Shown here piece by piece: positions 52,501 to 64,000 of a DNA stretch of 64,000 bases. The stretch is from Pocillopora damicornis. Taxonomy: Eukaryota. The translations under genes were made by a program, and so were the position numbers. The notes under the pieces were generated by a model. It saw nothing but the letters and a program-made list of their open reading frames with translations, searched no databases and was not told the origin of the DNA. Within the stretch, counting starts at the first letter, position 1; every line of letters begins with the position of its first letter. The DNA lies in the NCBI RefSeq assembly GCF_003704095.1, contig NW_020846737.1, positions 124,001 through 188,000 on the forward strand, in the 5' to 3' direction.

Positions 52501-55500
52501 GACATACAGCAACGTGCAATAAATTTATTTTATATAATTAAGCACAAGTCTCTGTAAGAATCAAACATCTTGGGAAATGAAAATTTTCAATCCCCCTTCA
52601 AATTTTGCATGCAGTTAGGCGCTCAGGGGGGAATGCACAAAAATACCCTTTTTAAAGGTTGTAGCACTCTTGTTGCCATGGTAACAACGGCTGCTTGTTC
52701 GAGGCCTGGGGCCTCATTATCATACAAAAACGTCGCAAAAAAAGAGTTAAATGTTTATTTCTCTATCTCAAGCTAAATACAACATTACAAATTGGCACTT
52801 CTACCATACATAGTGAAATCATTCGTCTTCACTTTAATACATTTAATTTTCCCTGGGAGTGAATGTGAACTCACCAATAGATTATTCATCTCGGTACAAT
52901 TTCGGTCATTTTCGTTGTCGGGTAAAACAGCGAAAACGTTTATCTGAATTTCTCCAAAAGTACACCGATTCTGGAACTGAAACTACCCACCAAGCTGGTT
53001 ATAATATTCTTGTTTTTAAATATGTAAAAATCTCTGCGGGCCTGCCTCTACTTTTTATAGGGGCAATTCGCGAAAAAAGCTCAAAATCAGATATTGCATA
53101 ATTTGGCGATGTTTACATCTAAAGTTCTCAATGACAAACGTTTCAGACAAATAAACGTGCGAGGCTTTGAAAGAAATGTTATCTTATGAGCAATATCCCG
53201 AAGAGAAATCTCGCCTCTGGTTGTCATCTTTTCCATGCATGAAAATGAGACCTTAGCCCACGAACAAGCAGCCGTTGTTACCATGGCAACAAGAGTGCTG
53301 CGACCTTAAAAAAGGGGAATTTTTGTGCATCCCCCTTGAGCGCCTAACTGCATGCAAAATTTGAAGGGGGTGGAAAATTTTCATTTCCCAAGATGTTTGA
53401 TTCTTACAGACTTGTTCGTAAGAAGCAAATGTTGTCAATGATGACGTCATTTGTACGTCTATCCTCAAATAGATCAAAAGTAAGGACCAATCAAAATGCG
53501 TGCGTAAGTTAGCTTAATAATGCATGCAGTCTTTACTTCAATTGAAAGACCGTAGAGATATCGCTGTTACTTTAATCTTTATTAAGATAAAAATACAAAG
53601 CTTAACAACCGCACATGCTTTGGAAAGCACTGCTTTTTCTTCGAACGTCTTAATGGTCATGTAGACTTTGTCTTCTCTTTCTTGCAGAGGTTACTTGGGC
53701 ATTGAAGACATGACTATCGCCAAAAGCTGTCGACTCTTCCTGGCTCTAACAGGTTCTACAGAGCTGGCAAACAGTGAGGGAACTTACAGATACAATTCCC
53801 TGACGGTTGCTGATGGGGGAGAGGTGACATCAACATCAGATGTCGGAAACAACTCACTGACACTCGACGTGGATGATATCACAATTCGAGGAGGTGGAGT
53901 GCTCCACATGGTGCGCATGCGTATATTTGTCGGAAACTTCACTGTGGATGATCTGGGTCACTTAAGGGGTGACACGTTTGATAACAGGTTTGTTGAATGG
54001 GGCACTTCCATAGCTTCTGTGTCTTAACATAAGGAGTTTTCGTAGTTCACCTGGATTTTGAGGACGTCGATAATTTATAAGAGGTTATTTGTTGTTTAAA
54101 CTCGATCGTTCCCATAATATCCCTCTACTGTTTCTCACTATAACTTGTTCGGTGAGGTTTTCATGCAGCTTGTGTCAGAATGTATTGTTGAACGACATAC
54201 GTGAGACCGAGAGATTCGTCACAACGAGTTCTCAATGTGTTAAAGATCAGTTAGCTCAACGGCCCTTTTCATTTGAGATTTGGTTACAGAGGCATTAATT
54301 TCACTCAGTAGTGTTGATGATAAATTTATGGTTTTAGTTACTCTGCGGAAACTTCAGTGAACGCTGTTTTCTTTCCGTTTTAGCTGCACTAGCGGTACAG
54401 GTGTCACAAATTCTAATGGTGGGTCTTCAGGTGCAGGGCATGGTGGAACTGGAGGCCTTGGAAGGTATGGAACACGTGTTGGAGTGGCATACGGTCACGT
54501 GTACGAACCTGAACACTTTGGATGTCGAGGCGGAGGCTCGGGGGGACTGGGTGGAGGGATAATTCGTATGTCTGTGAGAGGGACTTTGCAAATTGACGGA
54601 ACAATTAGCTGCAACGGTGATAATGGTCAGCAGTCTCGATCTGGTGGAGGAAGTGGAGGAAGTATATGGATTGACACCAGTCTGATGAAGGGATACGGTA
54701 CAGTACAGGCTAATGGAGGTAGCGGCCATGTGGAAACAAGGTAAGAACCCTTCAGTGTTGCTTAACTGTGGGATGATTTTCTTTGAAGGGGACATAAAAC
54801 ATTGCCCTTTAAACCATCGTTACTTTTTTTAATCCAGTCACTTTGGTTCATAGACCAACCTGCAGTCTAGATTCCTTGGTTTCCTCAAATTATTTTGAAC
54901 TGTGTTACCCAAGATAAGTTCAAATTGATTTGATGAGTGTTCTGTTTTACGACAGTGTTGATACATCTTCTCAAAAAGGAAACAGACATACAAGCAAACA
55001 AATCAATTCCAATTATCATTTTGACCTCAAATTCATTTTCAAAGTGAAAAATTAGCTTAAAACGCTTAGGGCGCATTCTTAAATAACTCACACAGGCTCT
55101 TTTAATTTCTATACGCTGTCAACCTTTATGCTGAAGTTTTAAGGTGAATTTCCAGGGTTATTGACAACTGTTAAAAATGCACTTTGTATCAATATTCAGT
55201 ATAATTATTCTGTTTTTCAGCCATTCACTTCATGGCGGTGGGGGAGCAGGCGGACGGATAGCAGTATACTTCAGAAGTAACAGAACTTACAGTGGGGTTT
55301 TTGAATCCCTGGGAGGAGATTCTACCGGAGACGCTCTCCCTGGAGGAGCTGGCACTGTGTTCCTATATCACCTTATTCATAAACATCGCACTCTTCTGAT
55401 AAGTAATGCCGGGAGAAAGGCGTTACCTACTGAACATTTGGTCATTAAAGACTATTCTGAGCCAGCCTTGATATCGGGAAAAACTTGGCTTCTACCTAGC

Positions 55501-58500
55501 TCTGGAGAACATAATTTTTCGCGCAATCAAAATTATTACTTTGAGGAATTGCAGATTTATGGTGCAGCTCACTTAGCTGTGTTAACCGAGCCTCATAACC
55601 GATCGGCGACGATATATTTCCGAAATATGATCGGTGATCGCACTGGGACCATCCACGTTGGCTATAATCAGACCATGGATTTGATCCGACCGACTATTGA
55701 TTTACCGTTTAATGTTCGTGTATACCGAGGCGGATTTCTAGGTCTTGCTCCAGCGACAGAAGTTCACGGAGTCGAGATTCACGTGGACGGTGTAATTTCG
55801 TACGTAAAGAACCTAACTTTGCATCATGGTGGCCTGTTAGCGTTGAATGAAAACTCACGCACTGGAAACGAGGCGACGGAAAATGATTTCAAGTTCGACT
55901 TTCTGCGTGTACAGTTTGAAGGAGTCATTCAGATGATGTCGTCACCTGTGACACACAACGGGATGAATTTGACCGTACGAGTGCTTCACATTGAGGGTGG
56001 TGGCAAAGTGGAAGGCAGTGATCTACGAATCCTAGCCGAGAACATAAGCATCAATACAGAAGGTCAGCTAACTGTCAGTGGTCGCGGATATAAGCACGAG
56101 GATGGAACCGGCGAGGGTGTTCATGGTAAAATTAACCGGGGACTTGGATCTGGAAGCAGCTCGGGAGCCTCTGGTGGAGGACACGGGGGAACTGGAGGAA
56201 GGGGAAAGCACACGTCTAAAGTAGGATTACCTTACGGAAACATGTACGAACCAATAGAATTTGGAAGTAGCGGGGGAGGAGTAAACAAAAAGCAAGGTGA
56301 GCACAATTTGGTTTCAACTATGAGTACAAAGTCTACGTCATCTTTATGTCTATGGTGATCCGCAGTATTATGCTCACTTCCTGGCACTTAATTTAAACAT
56401 CCCTTAATATCGAGTAAGGGATAGTAAAGAGGGATGTAGGAATGGTCACCTGAATTCTTCAAAATGTGAGAAGCATGAAAGAATGAACTACTCTTGAAGG
56501 TCAGGTGACACCTTTGAGAACCCCGAGAAGGTGTATTGAGAATATCCCATTTTCTAGTGCCAATCCTATTAAGAGTATAGCAACAATAAACTACATTGAT
56601 GAGAAAACGCTCGCTATTGCAAACAAAATACAACTTTTAAATGTGCTGGTTTTTTTAATGGCGACGAGCCATTAATGTTTGAAAATGGAACACCTGTAAT
56701 CCTCATATGATGCTAGACGAAAGAAATAAAACTCAGCTCTCTTTTCTTTTTTCCAAGGTGTTGGAGGTGGAACAGTATTTTTAAACGTCACTAATCTCCT
56801 GGAAATCGACGGGGCCCTTTCTGCCGATGGTGGCGATGCTCTCCCCCAGGGAGGAGGGGGCAGCGGTGGTAGCGTATGGATCTACTGTTATATCATAAAA
56901 GGTTTCGGAAAGATCACTGCTAATGGAGGTTCATCTCCCTCCGATGGTTACGGGAATCACGGGGGCGGTGGAGCAGGTGGACGAGTCGCAGTTTACTTCA
57001 TAAAGAATGACACCTTCTCCTACTTCAGGTAATATGAACTAAATATTGATCCACATGGAATCCAAGGGTGATAAGAGAAGTTACTTTACTATCAACTAAA
57101 CGTTCAAACAAGCTTTTATTGATAAACTGCAAGACTACCGATTGGTAATCAACTAACTGTTTTATCTTCCGTCGACTTATCCTGTTTTTTTTCGTCGGAT
57201 GCGGATACTTTTGCTTAGAAGTCTTAGAAGGCTACAATGTTACTTTAAAATCGCTAAAGCTTCATTCATTAACAGAAACACAGACCACTTGACCATGCGC
57301 TAAAAAGATTGCCAGCGATTTTGTGTCTTATCTGCAGATCTAGGATAGCCTTTCAGTTATGGTTGCAGCTTTTTCGATTTAAAACTACACGTTTTTGAAA
57401 GCAATTTCTTCTTGAAAGATTTGCTATATCCGATAGGACGAGCACTCTTTCTGTGAGCTTATTTTTGTTGATCAAACAGTAGGCCACCTTAGAGTTCTCG
57501 CGATTCAGTGATCTGGTGCCGAAATTACGGCGTGAGAACGAGGCTAAGTGCGAAGTCGCACAAAGAGTAAATGGCTGTGGTGGTGAAAATGAGCGAAAAT
57601 TTCTCGAAATTCATCGTGTGAGAGTGAAAAACTAATTGTGGGAGAGAGGCATTGAGTGAATTGATGGCGGTAGAGGGAAGAAAAAATCACAACTGTTCGA
57701 TTTGTGAAAGAAAGGAGCAGCAATGAAGCTGATCAAGGTAGCCGCTTCTTCAAAGACCCAAAAGCTGTTGGAGGAGAAATAACAAACAAGTGAAGGCAAA
57801 TTTCTAATACCTAACATTTTGAATGCTTGTAACTTATGTGTTCTGCGTTCGCATGCAGCCTTGCCAAGCCTGGCCTCAGTTTCTTTTAAGTCATCATTCA
57901 ACCGTTGCTTTTTTCCCTCACTGATTTGTAGCGAGGGCTTATTGTAATTTGCCAAACGATCCGAACTGAATGAATTGGAAATCGGTTATTTTCGAAATGA
58001 GCTCAAAATTTATAATTAGCAAAATGGGAAGCTGTAATTTGCGAAATGAAAATCTGTTATTTACGAAAGGAGAGTTCGTGCGGAAAACTCCACCGACCAG
58101 AACAATGAATCGGTCAGCCCGTCACTAGCGTGGGTTACAAACTCAACTCAGCATAAAATGTTATTTGTTATTAACAACTTATCACCGAACTAAACTTTTT
58201 TGCCGATTTAATTTTATCTTCGAAGATATTTGTTGTAAAAAAGGGCGACGGCATAATATTACTGCCATGTTTTCCTGCTGAGGAGGATTGCGTGACGCTT
58301 CCAATTCAAGTAAAGTGTCTTGTTACATATTCAATTTATTCATCGTAAACGCTCAAGTGCATATTTCGTAAAGTACGCCCCGAAGATTTCACTTTCGCCT
58401 TTCCCCTAAAAGCTATCATTTGTTAGGTTACTTATTTAATCCAAACTGGATGTGAACTGATCGATTGGTGGCCATAAGTTTTATGCACCTCTTGTTTTGC

Positions 58501-61500
58501 AAATTATAGATTTCCATTTCGCAAACTATAGAATTACAGATTTACAGATTTTGAGTTCATTTCACAAATGACTCATTTCAATTTCGTTTCCTTTCGTTTC
58601 GCAAACTAAAGTAAGCCCTCGTTACGAATCAGCAAGAAATAAAACAACAGTTCAACAGTGGTTCAACAACTGAGGCAAGGCTGCATGTGATCGCTGAGAG
58701 AGAACGAGAGCTCTGGAATGATAGAGGAGTTGTTCGTCCAAGCATTCAAATTTTTTGGTACCGAAATTATCTCACACTTGTTTGTAATTTCTCTTCCAAC
58801 AATTATTTGTGGTCTTTTGCAAAAGAGGCCAACTTGGTCCGCTTCATTGCTACAGCTTTCTCACTTAAATCGAACAATTCTGCCTTTTTCTTTGCTATGC
58901 CTCCATCACTTCACTGAATGCTTCTCTCTCACAAAATAATTTTTCACTCTCCACCTTTGAATTTCGAGAAATTTTTGCGCCACCACAGCCCTTTACTCTT
59001 TGTTCGGATGAAAATGGCGTCGCACTTAGTCACGTTCTTGCGCCGTCATTTTGGTACCAGATCACTGAACCACGAGAACGCGGAAGTGGCGTATTCTGGT
59101 AACAGTAATGGAGATATGTAACCAAACAGCTCACAACTTGAGCTGGAAAAGCCAATCGTAAATTATTTAATAGGAAATTATGGTTCGAGGGTCACTGATT
59201 TCATAACTTTGAAGTCATTAAGAAAGATGGTATTTTTTCTGTCTTTATTCTAGCTACCAGGCACATGGCGGACAGGCTAAGGAAGGCCAGGATAAAGTGG
59301 AGAATGGCGGACCAGGTACTGTCTTCTTGTACCATTTGGTTCACACTCATCGAACACTTCTTATCGACAACAATGGCGGTAAGCCATTGAATAAACATAT
59401 TAATTATGGCCGTCTGGATGAGGAAGGTGGCAAAGCGTGGATTATGCCAGAATCGGGATTCCATCATTTTGCTGCTGAAGAGGACAAATTTCACTTTGAA
59501 GAGTTGCAGATCTACAGCAAGGGCCATTTGGCAATATGGCCACGCGCGGGAAATGATTCAAGAAATGTTTCCATGTTCTTTAAATATATGATCGGTGACA
59601 GGAGCGGCATGATACACATCGGAGATAAGCAAGTTATGGACCTGAAGCGGCCAGAGATCGATCTTCCCTTTAGTGCTCAAGTCTACCTTGGTGGCTTCCT
59701 TGGTCTCGCTCCTTACACACAAGTTCATGGCATTGAGATCATTGTTCGTGGTATTCTCGCATACATTAGGAATATGACCATTCACAATGGTGGTGATCTG
59801 TGGTTGAACCATGGAGGACGAACAGACCACGAAATCATAAACCACTACGACTTTGATTTCATAAGAGTCCAGGATACGGGAACCATTCACTGCGTCACCT
59901 CACCAGTCAACGACCCGGGCGTTCTCTTCACAACTCGTGCAGTCTTCATTGAAGGAGGAGGCCTGATGCGAGGTTCTCGCCTGACATTTGTGACAGAAAA
60001 TATTACTATAGACGATGGTGGGAGGTTAATAGCAGATGGCCTCGGCTACAATACCTCACATGGTTATCAAGGAAACGATATATCTGGTGCACCAATTAAT
60101 CCTGGTCACGGTATTGATGATAATGAAGGAGCCTCTGGCGCTGGTCATGGTGGCAGTGGCGGCCGAGGAAGCCTCACCTATGGCACTCCCAAAACAGGTT
60201 TTGCCTACGGGGATCTGTACGAGCCTTATATGTACGGTAGCGCTGGTGGTAAAGGTAGAGGTGGTACTCGAGGAGGTAACGGTGGTGGAATGCTGTGGAT
60301 GAACGTAACTGGACTGATTGATGTTGATGGGTTGGTCTCCGCAAATGGTGAAGACGCTTCGTCCCTGACTGGAAGTGGAGGTGGTAGCGGTGGAAGCATT
60401 TGGATGTATTGCAAGACGATCAGAGGCTATGGTAGGATAGCTGCTAATGGGGGTGCTGGTTCCAAAGACAGTTCATACCCTGGAGGTGGCGGTGCGGGAG
60501 GAAGGGTTGCCATTTACTTTCAAATAAATGAGACGTCAACTTATTTTGTTTACGAGGCCCGAGGTGGATCAGCTCTTGGATGTGAGGTAGGTAAAGAACA
60601 TCTTTGTAAAGCAGAGGCTGGTGGTCCGGGCACCGTGTTTCTTTATCACATGATTCACACCCATCGCACATTACTCATCCACAATGGTGGACAAAAACCG
60701 TTGGTATCAGCAATAGCAGACTACAACGATTTATCCGAGGATGGTTGTCGGGCTTGGATCTTACCGCAGTCAGCCAATCACGATTTCGCTGGAAGGGGGC
60801 GTGATTTCCACTTTGAAGAGCTTCAGGTGTATGGAGGTGGTCATCTGGCAGTGCTTACTGAACCGGTCGGCGAGAAGGCATCTTTATTCTTCCTTCATAT
60901 GATTGGAGATCGCACTGGTACATTACACGTATCGAAAAATCAAACCATGGACTTACATCGACCCGAAATAGACACTCCATTCAGTGCGCACGTTTATGCT
61001 GGCGGTTATCTTGGGCTTGCCCCATACACCGAAGTTCATGGCGTGACATTATTTATTTCCGGCACCGTAGATCACATACAGAATATGACAATACATCATG
61101 GCGGCGCATTTTGGATGTATCACGGGGGAAACACAGCGAATCAAACGAACAGTTCTTTTGAGTTTGATGCAGTCCGAGTGCAGGATAATGGTGTTATACA
61201 AGCTATAACATCTCCAATCATTCACCCAGGAATCACAATCATAGCCAGGGCGTTTTTTGTTGAGGGAGGCGGGCTTTTCCATGGGACAAGGATGACTGTC
61301 TTAGGGGAAAATATCACTGTCGATGATGGAGGGCTGATCTCCGCAGATGGCGAGGGTTACAACAGGTACGAATATTTCGTGAAGGGAAACGAAAGTAGAA
61401 TACTAATCGCTGATGTGTGGTATGCAGAATTCTTACTTAATTGTTTTACATTACCACAATAACGCGGTTATTTATCGTGGTTGGTTTGCTCAGCTAAATA

Positions 61501-64000
61501 GCATTCAGTAAATCTATGTGGAAAATGGGTTATTAACTCACAATTGTTCGTTCTGGTGTCAAAAGCAGTAGATCACAATTGATTCTGTCAAGTGAAGAGA
61601 AAAGCTTGTTATGTTGCAGTCGATTTGCTTTTAAATTTAGAAAAATTAACGTATTTTACAAAACCACCATCAAGTAAAGGATGACGGAAAATTGTTGTGT
61701 ACATTTATTTCCTAAATGTAACGAGGATAATATCGAGATGTTTACAAATAGGCAAACTAGTTTAAATTATGACTTTTTTCTGCCTTTTGTTCTTAGGACG
61801 CATCCCCAAGGATCAGGCCTCCATGGTGTCATAAACCCAGGTATTGGTTCCTCTCACATCTATGGTTCCTCAGGGGCAGGCTGTGGTGGAAGAGGAGGGA
61901 GAGGCGACCACAGTGCTGTTGTCGGAGCTGCTTATGGGGACCTCTACGAACCTGTCCGATTCGGAAGCTCAGGTGGAGGAGATAAATCGGGAAGAGGTGG
62001 TGGGGTTATTTGGTTTAATGTCACCAATGTCATTCAAATAGATGGAGAGGTTTCTGCAGATGGACGTAAAGGCGACAACTCAGGTAGCGGAGGAGGAAGT
62101 GGAGGAAGTATCTGGATGCATTGTTACCGGATGAAAGGTGTTAAAATTTATTTTTACACTCCTGACATTTGTTTTTTGACTATTTTTGTTAATTACCCTC
62201 TTGAAATAACATACTTTTCATGGTTTCGTTGGATTCTTAATGCACTATTATGTAAACTGTATTGATTGTCATGTTACTTTCATATAAAAAAAGTCCTTTG
62301 ACGAGCCTTCTTCTTCGAATAGGTGCTACCCCTTGTATTGTAGATTTGAAGAAGGCGACTGCGTAGTTTATTCCAGGAATTACCGTAAGACACCTTACGA
62401 AAACATGTCATAAATGAAAAGTTATTTTCTTAAGCAAAAACGAACTCATCTCACTTCTGTCCTAAAGGTACTGGTGCTATTAAGGTCAACGGTGGTGCCG
62501 GTGGTGGGAATTCTGGAGGTGGGGCTGGTGGAAGGATTGCTGTGTACTTCACTGAGAACACCACATACACGGGCTCCTTTCAGTCACGAGGAGGTGCCAA
62601 AGGTGGAGGGTCCAATACCGAGGCTGGCGGACCTGGAACGGCGTTCCTATATCATCTAGTGCATACTCATAGAACACTGCTAGTAGACAACGGAGGTCAA
62701 CATCCCCTCACCAGAAGAATATCGGACTATTCAGATCTCTCGCGAGATGGAGGTCGCGCTTGGATCTTACCTGAGTCAGGTGGCCATGATTTTGCCAATG
62801 GCTCTCACGACTTTCACTTTGAAGAACTGCAGATTTATGGTGGTGCTCATTTGGCGATATTGACTGAACCGGTGAATCGTGCAGCTTCATTGTTCTTTCG
62901 CTACATGATCGGTGACCGAACAGGAATGATTCACATCAGCCAAAACCAAGTCATGAACCTACATCGCCTGTTCTTGGATATTCCTTTCAGCGCATATATT
63001 TATGACGGAGGGTACCTTGGTCTTGCACCCATCTCTGAAATGAATAAGATTATTGTGTACGTGGAAGGAACGCTTGATCACATTCGAAATCTCACCATTT
63101 TAAACGGCGGTGAGCTTCACTGTTACTTGACAGGCTCTACTGGAGAAAGAATTCAGCATCATTACAACTTCAACGAGACCGTCAGAATCATGGCGAGATC
63201 TCAAATCCAAAGCCACAGCCCCAACGCCCATAAAGAAACATTCAGCCTCACAGCTAGGATCCTATTCGTGGAAGGCGGGGCTGCAATTAGCACTTTCAAC
63301 ATGAACATAACAGCTGTCAATCTTACAGTGGACGATGGCGGCTCTATTGATGCAAGCGATGGTGGTTACACAGCAACTAAGGGACCAGGAAGTTTGTTGA
63401 CAAACAACTGGAGACGAAGTGGCGCAGGACATGGTGGAACAGGTGGAAGGGGAAGTTGCGGGGGCTATCACACATGCCGGCTCAAGAAGGGACTACCATA
63501 CGGAAACTTGTATTATCCGAGGGATTTTGGAAGTGGTGGTGATGGTAATGGAGGCAAAGGTGGCGGCATTTTAAGTATTTCTGTGGCGCATACCCTACAG
63601 GTATTTAACTCAATACTTATGTGTTTTATTACATGCTGTGATACTTAAAAACCCATTTTGTATTGAATTTATATTTGTTGTTGATGAATGCAAATGGTGC
63701 GAATTGAATCCACCGAGTATGACTGCTCTGCTTTCACATTTCTCTTCCCCTTTTTCATCTACATTTCCTTAGCTACACATTACTATTCCTTTGTTCTGTT
63801 TGACTATGATACAGCTTGGATTCTTCCTGATATCTTTGCCTTATAAAGGCTTTTCTTGGGAGGCAATGAGCACGATCTGTTTTTTTTTTTGTCGTCAGAA
63901 CTGTATAACAAATGCCACAGTAAGAGGATACCAAAGCTGTGAATAATCTGTCACGACATACAGAGGTTTACATGAACATGCTTTTGGTGTTTTTCAGACG
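37583..64000 (+). CDS. Giant secreted or cell-surface protein of tandem glycine-rich/beta-rich modules with one F5/8 type C domain; over 3588 aa, 3'-incomplete. Exons: 37583-38324, 40770-40960, 41265-41402, 41924-42083, 42830-42871, 43380-43486, 44372-44411, 45411-47290, 47636-47938, 48382-48421, 48641-49300, 50067-50276, 50553-50821, 50912-51114, 51499-51687, 53688-53987, 54384-54740, 55221-56296, 56758-57028, 59254-61365, 61797-62137, 62468-63600, 63998->
   Basis: Signal peptide MFKTRRKNALLVAVLLLLTPSFVEA. The 22 complete exons have canonical splice sites and consistent phases (10764 nt). Recurring module: SGAGHGG.GG.G...YG..Y.P..FGS.GG...GGG.I...V...L.IDG.ISA.G...GGGSGGSIW...G.G.I.ANGG...GGGGAGGRIAVYF...GGPGTVFL...FEELQIYG..HLA...IGDRTG.IH. 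Confidence 0.85.
40770..42083 (+). other. F5/8 type C (discoidin) domain of gene 3, exons 2-4
   Basis: LTASS...KGRLN...GGWMP...EWLEVRL...ITDVATQGR...YTLKY...W...KTFTGNSNTNTVKQN...RAIRFYP...IALRVELYG. Confidence 0.9.
42954..43163. mobile_element. piggyBac-like MITE, same subfamily as 23551-23761, decayed ends
   Basis: Shares ccagaagtgattgacatg...gagaatactcgaacttatc...gaggggagaattaa...agatc.tg. Confidence 0.7.
43615..43917. other. Assembly gap in intron 6 of gene 3
   Basis: Run of N. Confidence 1.
49570..49820. repeat. Same family, two copies fused head-to-head into an imperfect palindrome
   Basis: accgtaaagagtttaaaagctcacgtttcgagc..tagccctt mirrors aagggctaacgctctaaacgtgagctttgaaactctttacggt. 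Confidence 0.75.
52133..52344. mobile_element. piggyBac-like MITE, third variant
   Basis: TTAA-CCCTTTAAC ... AAGGGG-TTAA, about 210 bp. Confidence 0.7.
52544..53415. mobile_element. Non-autonomous element with TIRs of about 190 bp, nested inside another repeat
   Basis: 52544-52736 is the near reverse complement of 53231-53415 (acaagtc..tgtaagaatcaaacatcttgggaaatgaaaattttc...gttgccatggtaacaacggctgcttgttcg). Confidence 0.9.
57478..59095. mobile_element. 1.6-kb foldback element with diverged inverted arms of about 480 bp in intron 19 of gene 3
   Basis: 57478-57960 is the reverse complement of about 58595-59095 (e.g. ttcagtgatctggt, ctaagtgcga, aaatttctcgaaattca, acaaacaagtg, gagggctta). Confidence 0.85.

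Noticed and set aside
52570-53477. Mirror ORFs sharing VAMVTTAACS
   Set aside because: Translations of the two TIRs of a non-coding element
57632-58917. Two similar peptides on opposite strands (57632-57955 minus, 58687-58917 plus)
   Set aside because: Explained by the inverted arms of the foldback element; no transposase motifs
37583-63600. Gene 3 as bacterial contamination, PE-PGRS or collagen
   Set aside because: It has 22 spliceosomal introns containing the same repeat families as the neighbouring genes, no Gly-X-Y periodicity and no PE domain. An ancient horizontal origin of the module cannot be judged without a phylogeny.

Overview
Intron-rich, AT-rich animal genomic DNA. The repeat families and gene content suggest a cnidarian, probably a stony coral (inference). 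Three spliced genes lie head-to-tail on the + strand, all reconstructed by hand from splice signals and codon phase. (1) The last three exons of a CCDC40 orthologue (190-2070). (2) A complete 31-exon polycystin-1-family gene (4914-34881, about 3951 aa). It has a twice-repeated six-exon N-terminal cassette (ILEI/GG-lectin-like, discoidin-like, FAMeT-like), then LamG/ConA-like, WSC, PKD, short REJ, GAIN/GPS, PLAT and an 11-TM channel region, and one GC-AG intron. (3) The first 22 exons and the start of exon 23 of a giant signal-peptide-bearing protein (37583 to beyond 64000, over 3588 aa). It is built from about 8 modules of about 390 aa, each a glycine-rich block plus a beta-rich block, with an F5/8C domain inserted in a loop of module 1. 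Introns hold many non-autonomous TIR elements (some nested), a 1.6-kb foldback element, and four decayed copies of a repeat whose consensus resembles a minimal type I hammerhead ribozyme. Three N-gaps fall inside introns. No rRNA, tRNA, CRISPR array or autonomous transposase was seen.
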